The notes: generated from the sequence alone by a model not told the origin. Shown: positions 13,006 to 25,980, counted from the stretch's first letter. The stretch is 49,054 bases of DNA from Octopus bimaculoides (GCF_001194135.2 NC_069002.1:14487287-14536340); one strand, 5' to 3'. A program made the numbers and translations.

Positions 13006-15419
13006 CATATCATCCACCATCACAGGAAAACAATTTGAACAAGTAAGACTTCAAATAGGTGCGATTTATTACATCGATCTGTACATTAGTGGACAATTAA
13101 TTTAAGTGTTTTAATGTTAGGTCTAGGATGTTTACGATTTCTTTGATATCATTAATTATAATATTTAGTTTACGCTGTCTCAAGACTGTATATACCTTGG
13201 ATACTATAACATATTTGTTATAAATTCTCTCAAGAGAGTCTTTAGAATTTTTAGCAACAATAATCTATATCAGAAGTACTAATATAATTACTTTAACGTG
13301 GATATAATGATAATTATAATAATCTAGAAATATAACTAATTGTTCTCTGATCATTCTCTATTCATTGAAGAAGGAGATGTAAAGAACCAATGAATTAATC
13401 GTTTGTGACATAGGGGAATCTCGGAGCCTCCTAAATTTAATGATGCGGAGATAAACAGCACAGACATTTGTTCAGAAACTGAAGTAAATCTAATTCCACT
13501 ACATGTGTGAGTTCAAGGACCGAGAAATAAGGAATCTTACAGTCACTTGGAACATAGACACAAAAACTACTGTGTTCAACCCTTTAACGTTTATGCTTCT
13601 ACAATACTAATTGTACTACTATAAAACCATAGTTTTTATACTACCAAGTAGTAATACAGTAAAGCCATGCTTTTACAGTATGACCAGTGGTAAATAGAAT
13701 CAACTGTAAAACTTAAGGTTCAAGCCCTGATGAGTAATATCCTAAACAGAATAAACTTTTCTTTGATTGTACCCCAGATAATTCGAATTCAAATGCGTTA
13801 AATATATCTCTGTTCAAGTAAATACTATAAACTTGTATAACATCTCAACCGTGATTCGGAGCAATTAAAACTCGACATCTATAACCAAGAATAAACAGCA
13901 AATTTCCTGTTACTTTGTTGTATCTGGAGAGAATCATACTGCTTTATATTATCTAACACACCCACTGGTTCAATTTCCACTCATTCATTATTTATATATT
14001 TTTCTTTTCCAAAGTTTTCGTTGCTTTTGCATCCTTGTTAATGGATGTTGGCTTACTTCTTTCAGATAACTTTTTCTGCGTTCCTTCTCCACTGATTGGA
14101 TCAGTTGCGCATGATGGGGTCAAGGGAATATAATAGATGAGTATGTATTGTCTGATTATTCTCCGCTGACACCTTCTCCCTATCCACCTCTGTGCTCTTA
14201 CTCACCCCTTTCATTGACACAATATCACGATATCAGACGACGTGGGGTTATACAGGCCAAAGCAAGATTTGATAGAGTTAATATAGTTAATATTTGATGA
14301 GAACCATGGTATGTGGAACAATTACACGCGAACTGACTTATTCATTTCCCACACGGGGGCTGATAATTCAGGTACAATTAACATTTACCTGAGACTCAAC
14401 TTCAACGGCGAAAACCGTATGTTTTAAGCCTATTTAACTGACATTTATGAGCCTACAGTAATTTACAATTAAAACATGTAATAAATCACCAAGTTTGGTT
14501 TCAACATCTAACTTCTTTCAAATCCGCAGAAGGGGACCAGATCAAAGATTTCTTCTTTTATAAACGCTTAAACATTCATATTTCATTCAATATATATCAA
14601 TATTTTAGGGATGTGTTCTCATGATTTGACTATGAGAGCCGGAGGATGAAGCAGTAAAGATATTTCACTCTTAATTTCATATCTTTAAACTTAAAAACAA
14701 GACACGCAAATGAATTTCCTGGCTGTCTATTTGATACACTGAATCAACAACGAGTAACGCTTTGAATTCTTAAAAAAATCCGGATGCACAGGAACTTAAA
14801 ATGTAGACTGTTAAACTGGATTTGCAGTAGAAATGAAGTCACTAAACTATAATCCAGTTAAATCATATCCTTTGATAAGAATTTGTAAATTTTTCCATTT
14901 GTTTCAACATCTTGACGTTGTTGGTGATTCGAGCTAGATTACACAAGTTTTTAACGTGAAACACGTTTAGTCAAAGGGGAGCCTGTGTTATTCCACCATC
15001 TTTAATTTTATATCAGTTATGTTATTGTTCCGCCATGGTTACTGTCTGCAGAATCATGCATATGCAGAAACCCGAGATTAACAGTTAATGACATCAAGCA
15101 ATTAAATTAATTATACTGTAAAATTTAAATTGCTGAAGAGCCTAAACAATGCAGGTAGAAATGTAAAAGAGAAAACAGGGTAAGAACAACAGAACAACAC
15201 TTTACACTTTATTTTATATTTTTATATTTCAGGGTTAACAGCCCTTTATATCACACTACTTCATTTAAACTAATTATACACTAATTAGTTTGAGCGCTAC
15301 ACTACTCTAGTGCTTATAGGAATTTTTCCTCCGTTCACTATTATAAAACGCGCGCGCGCACACACACACTTACGCGCGCGCACGCGCGCGCACGCACACA
15401 CACGCACACTCACACTAAC

Positions 15420-15640
15420 TAACTGGAAACTCGTTATGGGGCGATCACGGACAGTAGGAGAAATCTTCAGAAGAACTCCCCGCAAGAAAGGATTTCTACT
15501 CGTCATTCCCTTACAATCTAAGGGAGTCAGGCCTACCGACGGCATGATTCCTAGGCGCCTTTCTAGATATAAAATGCTAGCTTTAGGGGCGATTGAACTA
15601 GAAATCTTTGGTCATATTTCCCTGAACTGGGCTGTATAAA
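15420..15640 (-). mobile_element. Probable additional SINE (degenerate tRNA-like head, (GTTA)n-like tail)
   Basis: Minus-strand agttcaatc B-box-like motif and agttagttag tail; single copy in the window, so weakly supported. Confidence 0.35.
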
Positions 15641-15718
15641 TGATTAAAATTTTTACTAAAGAAGAGAAAATAGATAAAATAACATCAAATTCAATGTATA
15701 ATTACTTAGTTTATAATA

Positions 15719-15935
15719 AAGATCGCAAGCTGACAAAATCGCTAGCACGCCAAACGAAATGCTTGGCAGCATTTCGTCCATTATGTTCTGAGTTCAAATT
15801 CCGCTGAGGTATTTGTTACCTTTCATCATTTCAGGGTCAATGCATTAGATACTAGTTAAGCACTAGGTTCGATGTAAACGACTACATTCCTCATGCAATA
15901 TTTGCAGGCCTTGTGCCTTTAGTATAAAGGATTGT
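15719..15935 (+). mobile_element. SINE family B
   Basis: gctgacaaaatcgctagcacgcc..aaatgctt..gttctgagttcaaattccgc..tttcatcatttcagggtc..ggccttgtgcctttagta. Confidence 0.85.
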
Positions 15936-16621
15936 TAATCTACAACAAAACAAAATCTTTTTTTATGCAAATCGGGGTATTTGGCTTGGATTGCTGTTCA
16001 GTTGTTTGGTTAAAACTATAGATATTTTGAAGAAATTTTACAATTATTTCCGACATTTTGATCAATATTCTTCATAAATTATGTATTCTGTAAATGTGTA
16101 TTCATGCAACCTCTTAGGTTTACAAAACTATTAGAGGAGGTTCAACAACGGCAACGACGACGACGAACAGGAATCATTATAAATAAAGAAACAGATGTTA
16201 CTATACTTCAGCTGTTGCCATGGAGCTTATACCTGTTTAATACTGCAATCACTTATGTGTGTGTACGTGTGCGTATTTGTGTATACATAAATACATACAT
16301 ACGTACAATCATGCATACATACATGCATACATAATACAAACATACGTATATAGGTATTTATATATTGCAATACGTGTGTGCTTGTATATGTGTGCACGTC
16401 TGTATGCCTCTATGTGTGTGTGTGCGCGCACACGTGAATGTATGTGGGCATATGAATATAAATTCTTGTTCGACCTACAAAGAAATACCAAAGGTGAACT
16501 ACCGGAGTAGGAATGAAATATATTTCACAGTAAAAAAAAAAAAAATTAACAACACACAAACGACGTTCACATCACACACACACACATACAAACATATACA
16601 AACACACACACGCTATGTCCT

Positions 16622-16670
<49 letters not shown>

Positions 16671-16693
16671 TTCTCTCTTTCACNNNNNNNNNN

Positions 16694-16730
<37 letters not shown>

Positions 16731-17179
16731 GTCTCTAACACATCTGTATATATTTTAGCATGCATTGGGTATTAGGGCCGTGGCCATTCTGCAGCACATA
16801 CAAACATACACAAAAGTACACGTATACTGACAAACACAAGCATGCATTCACTCTATCTGTCTTTCTCGATTTCTCGATCACATACTCACATAATTTTTTT
16901 TAGAACATTTTTGGTATCAGGCCATGACCGTCGTACTGAAATTCCCAAAATGCATGCGTGCACATCGACGCCTGAGCGCACAAACGCGTATACATAGATG
17001 TAATGACTGTGACGAACCAACCGAGTGATTTCTTCAACGATTGACCAAATACTTGGTAAATTAAATGAGTGATGGCGATTATGATACTAAAAAGGAGAGA
17101 AGCAAAGCTAGTGCGTATGCTCACTTTGGCATGATGACCCTCATATATTAATGCATGTCAGAATATATATATATACCTG

Positions 17180-17210
<31 letters not shown>

Positions 17211-17280
17211 GTATGTATGTATGTATGTATGTATGTATGTGTGGGTGTATGTGTGTGTGTATGTATACAAGTAATCCTAA

Positions 17281-17877
17281 TCAGTGGTTCCAAGATGGCC
17301 AAAACAAATGTCGATTTTGACGAATGTTCTGAGAGACCAGCAACCAACAGAACTGAGAAAAACATCGCAGATGTTTGTTCACCTGTGAGTAGAAATTTTC
17401 GGATCACCATCCGTTAGTTATCGGAGGCTGTGCAGATTAGTTATGGTTCAGTTCAGACCATTATCACTGAAGATTTGGGTATGAGACGAGTGTCTGCAAA
17501 GTTTGTGTCAAATCTGCTTTCCGGTGACCATGAACACACTCGAGTTTCAGTTGCACAAAATCTCCTCGACTGTGTCGAGAACAATGAAAACGTTTTGAAA
17601 ACTTTGCGTATGCCTCTACGAAGGTATCACCAAACTTTTGGCAAAATTTGATGCAGATTCTCTGCCCAACTTTCTCTCTCATGGTCAATGCAACAATCAC
17701 ACGCTACACACCTTCCTTCCAAGCACTGCTGTAAACAGCAGAAGTGAGCTAGAACGTTAGAACTTAGTACACATGCAGAAAAGAGTTCAAGGTCAATCTG
17801 TGTCAACCGACTTTACTCTGCGTGCTTTAGGTTCGTTACTATAAGCAACAATCCGGATACTTATTGATCAGACCACG
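17281..17877. mobile_element. Rearranged mariner remnant: + strand transposase HTH region joined to an inverted 5' end (N-terminus, 5'UTR, TIR)
   Basis: + frame RITIR*LSEAVQISYGSVQTIITEDLGMRRVSAKFVSNLLS; - frame MREKVGQRICIKFCQKFGDT from 17682; TIR-like ccggatacttattgatcagaccacg followed by TA at 17878. Confidence 0.88.
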
Positions 17878-17879
17878 TA

Positions 17880-18080
17880 TCACTAAATGTATGTGTGCAC
17901 CTCGTGGGCATCGGTACCATTTTCCTCTTTCTCCGTTCTTCCATTCTCCGAACTTCCCATCTTTCCGACGAAGGGCTACGCCCGAAACGTCATACACTCT
18001 CTCTTTCCTTTCCTGAGCGTCCAATAATACTATCCATATCACGTCCTCACTTTGTTGTTTTTTTGTTCTTTTGTTATTGT
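17880..18080 (+). mobile_element. Penelope-like terminal (pLTR) fragment with a degenerate hammerhead-like motif
   Basis: ccgacga-a-gggc-tac-gccc-gaaa-cgtc at 17965-17991; the downstream ttcctgagcgtccaataatac is shared with 46760-46782. Confidence 0.6.
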
Positions 18081-18090
18081 TTTTTTGAAC

Positions 18091-18121
<31 letters not shown>

Positions 18122-18984
18122 GTATGAGTGCATGTATGTACGTGTGCATGAATATGTATGTGTATGAGTGTTTGTGTGCGTGTGCGTGTGCGTATTTGTG
18201 TGTGTACCTGCGCGTGCGTGTGTTTGCTAGTGGAAACTGGAAAATAGAATTCAAAACATGAGTATATGTTGGTTGTCTATATATTATCAACAAAAGTTAC
18301 AGTGTGACTCAAGGGCTGAATGTTTCGTGCGTCGATATTCATCGACCTGGTAACAAATCAATGGAACTTACATATATATATATACTCGCGATAGTAAAAT
18401 TTTCCTGGTTTGTTCGGGAGCAAAATATAGAAACAATTACTATGTCACGTGCATAATGTTTTTTTTTCAAATGGTTTGCCCGCTACGCTGCTCTATAAAT
18501 ATATAAATGAATGAATAGTTGAACAAATAAGAACATTTTAGGATATGTATACAAAAGCACAAGTAAATGCGAGTGCCGGGGAACGTGTCCGCATACATGT
18601 AAATACGATGTGTACATTAATACACGCACATACACATACGTAATATATTCAATATACATGCATGTTCATGAATTCACATGCAGGCAGGTATAAAGATATA
18701 GAAACAAGAATAGACATAAATAGGTGTTTAAATGTACGTGAACCCCCCCACACACTTTTTCTTTTTTTTTCTCCCTCTCACATACACATATTTGCAATAA
18801 ATATTTTAATTGACTAATTATACTGTATAATTCACTGTTAAGTTAAAAGAGAAAAAAATTGAAGATGTACCAGTCTTCGTATTCTTTGTAACTATTTTCG
18901 ATGTGTGTGTGTGTGTGTGTGTGTGTGTTTATATACGTAAGTGTGTGTCTGTATCACACAAACAGTCAGATAGATAAATAGATA

Positions 18985-19402
18985 TACTTACTCTTTACTC
19001 TTTTATTTGTTTCAGTCATTTGACTGCGGCCATGCTGGAGCACCGCCTTTAGTCAAGCAAATCGACCCCAGGACTTATTTATGTAAGCATAGTACTTATT
19101 CTATCAGCTCTTTTACCGAAGCACAAATTACGGGGACGTAAGCACACCAGCATCGGTTGTCAAGCGATGTTGGGGAGCAAACACAGACACACAAACACCC
19201 CCCCCCATATATATATATATATATATATATGCATATACATATATACGACGGGCTTCTTCCAGTTTCCGTCTACCAAATCCACTGACAAGGCTTTGGTCGG
19301 CCCAAGGCTATAGTAGAAGACACTTGCCCAAGGTGCCACGCAGTGGGACTGAACCCGGGACCATGTGGTTTGTAAACAAGCTACTTACTACACAGCCACT
19401 CG
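18985..19402 (-). mobile_element. SINE family A, full length
   Basis: Complete head, internal (TA)n, right arm and (taaagag)n tail; high identity to 9660-10260. Confidence 0.92.
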
Positions 19403-20197
19403 TGTAGCTTTCGAGTAAAACTGCGTCGCGTGACGGCAGTTGCCTAGAATCGGATATGCAGTAAGTCATCTATTGTCTCACTGGAATTTTGTAACAATCG
19501 AACAACGCTCGATTTAATTCGACTATTAAAATCTTAATGCGGAGCTCCAGAACAAGTTTGACTAAGATCAAAACAGAAATAGTTTTTACAATAATCGCTA
19601 TGCAGAATGGAATTGGATTGTATAGATTCTTGTAGGAGATTTAACAATTCCTTTTCTTCGTAAGGGTTCCGCTGTGCAGGGTGTATAAGCAACAACGCAC
19701 ATATCCATTGCTCTATTTTCATGTGACATTTAAACTTTAACAAATACGCCAGTCTCTACAGCCTGGTATTTGAGAGAATGTAATAAACAGATCGTTGTAT
19801 GTTCAAGTAGTTTTTTTTTAATATAATGTATATAAGAGTGCTTATGTTTAGACTTGCAGTATTTGAGGTTGTTTTTACAGTTATTTCTTTGACGAGCTCA
19901 TCACTTTTAAACAACTTGACCTTTATAGTAATGTTGGCTTATTACGTTGCGTTTAAAGATTATTTTCTCTTAGAGTAGTACACACGTATGCGTAAATATC
20001 TACACAAAAGGACTTATCAGACAAAAGGGCGAAACTCGAAGACGTTAAATTTCTTGATTACCGAACGAATTCGAACATATCCAAAGTTATGAAGTTTACT
20101 GCAATAAGTTTTCCACCACACAGCCTCCGCCATTATTGTATGTATGTATGCATGCATGTATGTATGTATGTAGTATGTATGTATGTATGTATGATAG

Positions 20198-20354
20198 TGT
20201 GTGTACGTCCCCGTAACTTAGCGGTTCAATGAAAGAGAGCGATGAAATAAGTACTAGGCTTTCAAAGAATAAGTCGTTCGGTCAATTTATTCGACTAAAG
20301 GTGGTGGGCCGCAGTCAAATGACTGAAACAAGTAAATGAGTAAAAGAATAAAAG
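20198..20354 (+). mobile_element. SINE family A, right arm and tail only
   Basis: acgtccccgtaacttagcggttc..aagtactaggc..gcagtcaaatgactgaaacaagtaaa. Confidence 0.88.
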
Positions 20355-20644
20355 TGTGTGGGTAGATGTGTGTGTGTGTCTGTGCGCGCGCGCGTATGTG
20401 CGTGCGCGCGCGCGCGTATGTGTGTGTGTGTGTCCCCGTGTGTGTGCGAATTTGAAGTGTAATATACGGATTCACAGAATCATGTGGCTATCAGGCAAAG
20501 CTGCACTAGCGGAACCGGCTAGCAGATCACACTTATTAATCTAATACGGAGGAGTATAATTCAGGGTTCTAGGCAAATGAATTCCAGGAGATCTGGTGGA
20601 TAAAAGTATCTGACGACGAGTATATAAACTATATAAAAAAGGAG

Positions 20645-20863
20645 GTATGAGATGTGAATACATTTATTCAACCAGTTGTCATCTTTAGGATTACAGCCTT
20701 TTCGCAGCCTTCAATTGCATTGTACAGTGCGTAGTATGCATATTAGAGCAGACATGTAAAATCATTTATTATATATTGAGATTATTGTTACATGATGAAG
20801 GCTACGAAACGGCCGTAATCCTATAGATGACAAGTGCTAAGTTCATACATTCACCTCTCATAC
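20645..20863. repeat. Foldback element: ~69-bp imperfect inverted arms around an 82-bp spacer
   Basis: The reverse complement of 20645-20713 aligns with 20796-20863 (41-nt core with 5 mismatches, plus an attcac.tctcatac block). Confidence 0.8.
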
Positions 20864-20875
20864 TGCTTAACGTTT

Positions 20876-20907
<32 letters not shown>

Positions 20908-22268
20908 TATATNNNNNNNNNNNNNNNNNNNNNNNNNNNNNNNNNNNNNNNNNNNNNNNNNNNNNNNNNNNNNNNNNNNNNNNNNNNNNNNNNNNNNNNN
21001 NNNNNNNNNNNNNNNNNNNNNNNNNNNNNNNNNNNNNNNNNNNNNNNNNNNNNNNNNNNNNNNNNNNNNNNNNNNNNNNNNNNNNNNNNNNNNNNNNNNN
21101 NNNNNNNNNNNNNNNNNNNNNNNNNNNNNNNNNNNNNNNNNNNNNNNNNNNNNNNNNNNNNNNNNNNNNNNNNNNNNNNNNNNNNNNNNNNNNNNNNNNN
21201 NNNNNNNNNNNNNNNNNNNNNNNNNNNNNNNNNNNNNNNNNNNCGGAAACCGATAAATCACACAGTAATTACTTGTTTACTGATGCAGTCTACCCCCCCC
21301 CTTATACATACACAAGATATTTGTACGCTGATTGAGTTAGGGCACAGCCTGTACCCTAAATTGGCATTCTCCTTGTCTAGTTGACAAATGATCGAATGTT
21401 AAAATAATCCTGTACTGTATAAATAAATGTTAGCTCTTATTTTAGCGAAATTGCTGGGAATCTCTCACTCAAATTACACAAATATTGATTTTCCATTTCC
21501 TTCTTCTGTTGTCGATAATATAATCTTGAGTCTTACCAAACGGGAAGTCAATTTATCAATTTGTCATCCTACCCTCTCAACTTCATCCTCTATCAAATAA
21601 AAAAAGATGTAAAACGTTCTTATTTCGTTTTAGAGGTTGTTGTTGTTGTTGTTTAACTGCAGGTCAGCAATGACAGGGAAAGAACTAGGATCAACGACCT
21701 TCCAACCTTTCTTGTCTTCTCTCGGGGATTTTATATCATGGGCTATAAAACTCAACGTCTCTTATTTTTTTTAGACAGTATCATCTAATTTGATGGGGTG
21801 GGTTTATCTGTTACCTGTAGTCTCTCCCTCCTCCCATCTTTCTTTCTCTTTCTCTGTCTGTCTGTCTCTCAAATATGATTAATCGATAAGGAGAAACTGA
21901 GAAACGCTCCGGAGAAAATGTCTTTAAAACAACCATTTATACTTTCATTTTTAATCCTGCTGAGATTCGCTTTACCTTTCAAACGTTCGGTGTCAGTAAT
22001 ATAAACAGAAGATAGGCCACTGTTGTAGATATATAAGCTACTGCTGTTTCCTTACTAAAATTGAAACTTTTCAGCTTTAATCACAAACCGAACTACTCTG
22101 TGTTAATTAAAAATGAAATAGTGTTTCAATGTTTCATAAATTATTACACCATCTAACACTGTGTAAAAAGTGTTGGCCAAATGACAGCGGATTTCGAGCT
22201 GGTGTCCGACTCGCCACTGAAAATTTTATAGTCTCCTTTCGGTTTTTTTAATATATATATATATAATA

Positions 22269-22490
22269 CAAGGCAGTGAGCTGGCAGAATCGTTAGCACA
22301 CCGGAATAAAGTATTTTCGGCATTTTGTCCGCAATTACGTTTTGAGTTCAAATGCCGTAGGGGGTTGACTTTGACTTTGATTTTTATCTTTCGGTATCGA
22401 TATAATAAGTACCAATCGAGCACTGGGGTCGATGTATTCAACTTAGCCTCTCCCCCGAAACTGCTGATCTTGTACCAAAAATTCAAGCTA
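22269..22490 (+). mobile_element. SINE family B
   Basis: aaggcagtgagctggcagaatcgttagcac..gagttcaaat..ataagtacc..cactggggtcgatgta. Confidence 0.88.
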
Positions 22491-25124
22491 ATACAAATAT
22501 AATATATAGAGTCGGTGTAGTATGGGCGAACGGTTAACAAATTCATGTCTACAAAATCACGGGTTCAATCTAGCAGTGTGGTACCTCTGGAAAATAATAG
22601 TTTCATTAGACATGAGGTCGGCTTATACTCTGTGAGTAAAACTGCATTGAAGGAAACTATATATATGTTTCTGGAAATTAAGTGAAGGGTTACAGATAGC
22701 TGTCGTATTCTCAACCACTTACAGGTAAATTCAGGAGCAGGTAATTCAGTTTTTAATCGAACAATTCAATCCCCACCAGTACATCTAATACGTAGTAGAT
22801 GCTAGTCAATACGTTAACAAACCTAGAAACCTTTCCTATATCTGATAAAATTAAAAGAAAATTATAATTCCTCCAGAAGTATTTAAAGGAAGAGGTGAAT
22901 AGACACAATTTCTAACAATATAATAAAAATCCGATAACATGAACTGAAAATGTTCTTAGAGTTTTTGAGATATTTTTGCATTAACTTTTCACTATAGTGA
23001 GGTTTCATTAGGAAATTCTTTTACGCAGTACTACCGGTGGTAGATTAATCCATATCTCAAATATTTACACTTTGCCAGTATTTTCAATATGATCTTAAAT
23101 TAAAATTTGCTAGTTGCAACTCTAGAATATAACCGGTATACTTATTTAATCTAATTTAGAGAGCTTCTTCTTGAACATGAGTCACTCACAACAGACCTAG
23201 AGCAGAACTATCATCAATCTAGTCAGCAGCAACGACTTGTAAGATAATACTTATTGAAGATTTTAAAGAAAGTAGTGTTTGATTGAAAACTGGATAACAT
23301 AATAGTGCAAACCTTAGCAAAGAATTCTATCAAAGGAATGTCATTTGCTTGAACTCGACTTTAAACATGAATATAACTCCTAACAATTATTATTTCCTTT
23401 GCTGTTAAAAAACCTAAATAGTTGGGGATAGTGCGGAAATGAAGTATAGTTGTGTTGGCGATGTCGCTAAATTGAAACAGGTGAAAAAAATAATAGACTT
23501 AATTGTAAAGCAAAAGATAACTGTGAACTATGATGCGATTACATCTGTTGTAACAGGATATCGTACTCTTTAACTGAAATATGCCTCAAGGAGATAAGTT
23601 TAGCATGAAACGTTGTTTGGTAACTAAACATAAGGAAAGCTAATAAACAAAGCATATCTACAGCACCCGAAGGAAGACAAACAAAAGGAATGTCACGTCG
23701 CTTTCGAATAAATCTGGTAGTTTAAGGAGGAAGGCATTGGTGACACATCAATAAGCTTGTTTGTAGTGGTTGTTGGTTGATGAACAAATACGTCATTCAT
23801 CAAGTCAATGCGATAAATAACAATTTAGACGTACTACATTCAGTATCTACACACAAACACACACTCACGCCATATAAAGTGCGCACGCGTGTGTGAAATG
23901 AAAATACGAGAAAAGAAATAGCTCAGAGTTGCAAATGGCATGTATTTATCTACAAACACGGGAGATAACTTCGGCTGCATTTCGGTTGTATTAAAACCAC
24001 ATCACCAAACAATGGAATCAAACTTACTCATTGCGGGTAATGAAACCCATAAAACAAATATAATGCACGGCATTTAGGTATATTTCAATTTTATATTTTA
24101 TCCTTACGCGTTTGTAACGTATATATCTGCCAAGGGCAGGTGTTAATTCTGTAACTATATATAATTACGATATATATANNNNNNNNNNNNNNNNNNNNNN
24201 NNNNNNNNNNNNNNNNNNNNNNNNNNNNNNNNNNNNNNNNNNNNNNNNNNNNNNNNNNNNNNNNNNNNNNNNNNNNNNNNNNNNNNNNNNNNNNNNNNNN
24301 NNNNNNNNNNNNNNNNNNNNNNNNNNNNNNNNNNNNNNNNNNNNNNNNNNNNNNNNNNNNNNNNNNNNNNNNNNNNNNNNNNNNNNNNNNNNNNNNNNNN
24401 NNNNNNNNNNNNNNNNNNNNNNNNNNNNNNNNNNNNNNNNNNNNNNNNNNNNNNNNNNNTATATTTATATTTATACGTGCGTGTTTGTGTATGTGTCTGT
24501 GAATATTATACAAAACGCAGTAACTCAGAAGAACTGAGATATACATTAATAGGACAAAGCCTGATAGCTTCCTAAGTAAACAATGTAAAGACACTTCTTA
24601 AAACCGCTATTCAGTTACCAATTCTTCCCACCTCGACATTTCATGTCTTTTCCTCCATTTTACCATTTATGAACTTAATATGAAACAGACCTGGAAATAT
24701 AAACCAGATCAATGTTCTGCAGACATTTATTTATCACTATTAAAATTACCGATGCCAGTTTCTGATCAATATTGAGACTGAGAAGTCAGGTATTGAAGAA
24801 ATATATGACAACTGCGAATATTGAATATATTATGTCATAACAGTTCACTGAACACATTCTCATTAATGGTTGACCTGCACAAGTCAAGAGCAAAGTTTAG
24901 ATTGTTTCATCATAATTTACAAGTTGAAGTCTTATGGCGTCAGTGGACGGTGGTGGACGGTGGTGGCGGTGGTGTTTGATGGGTTTTCATTGGAATATAT
25001 TTAGACACACATATACACACATGCATCAACAAGCCCATGCATCGACACACATATACCTCAACGATACACACATGCATCGCAGATACACACATACAAACGC
25101 ATATTTATGAAAAAGAAAGAGTGA

Positions 25125-25373
25125 AAGATCCTTCATGAGCCATAAGATTATAAGGTCAGTTTTCCACATCTTTTGGCGTGTACGTTCCACCCTTGCCCCT
25201 GGACAAGATATCTGTCCATCGATGGATTATTCATTTTGACCAACTGAGTGGAAGGGAAGAATTTAAAATGAGGTGTTTTGCTCTAGAAAACAAATTATCA
25301 CCCAGTCGCAGGAATCGAAAGCACAATCTTACGATAATGAGAGCAACACCTAAGCATAAAGTTATGCGCCTCC
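25125..25373 (-). mobile_element. SINE family C, degenerate
   Basis: Aligns with 37071-37315 (aatgaggtgttttgctc..aggaatcgaaagcacaatcttacgat..gcgcctcc). Confidence 0.75.
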
Positions 25374-25444
25374 ACACACAGACACACACAAACACATACA
25401 CACATAGATAACTAACTAACTAAATTAATAAATACATACGTATA

Positions 25445-25656
25445 CAGGGTGGCCCAGATGTAGGTTTACAGTTATTCAACTATCTCTTTCGCATTCATAT
25501 ATTAACTGTTTAGATCTTAATTATAAAAAAATATGAAACCGTTATTCTATGCTAATTAGGTTAATTGTAAGATAGAAATATAAATGTAATAAGATGTTTT
25601 AAAAGAAATTTAAAGTGCCTACGTAATAACTGTAAACCTGCTTTTGGGCCACGTTG
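25445..25656. mobile_element. Tc1/mariner-superfamily MITE (212 bp)
   Basis: 32-bp imperfect TIRs cagggtggcccagatgtaggtttacagttatt / aataactgtaaacctgcttttgggccacgttg; TA at 25443 and 25657; AT-rich non-coding interior. Confidence 0.85.
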
Positions 25657-25937
25657 TATATATACATACATAGATGCATATATACATGCATACATACATA
25701 TGTATATATATATTTTTTAATATGCATGTATATATACATATATATTCTAAATGGATAATGAACATACATTCTACAAAATTATGGGGTAGCCCTTCAGATT
25801 AATGTAAAATTGGATTTGTATTAACTGAATATAAAAGCGGAAATTAATATACATGTGTGTGTGTATGTATGCATTATATATGTATTATATATCAGTATGT
25901 ATGTATGTATGTATGTATGTATGTATGCATGTATGTA

Positions 25938-25980
<43 letters not shown>

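Noticed and set aside
13727-13750. CTGATGA hammerhead half-core (also 38552)
   Set aside because: No stem II, GAAA or stem III
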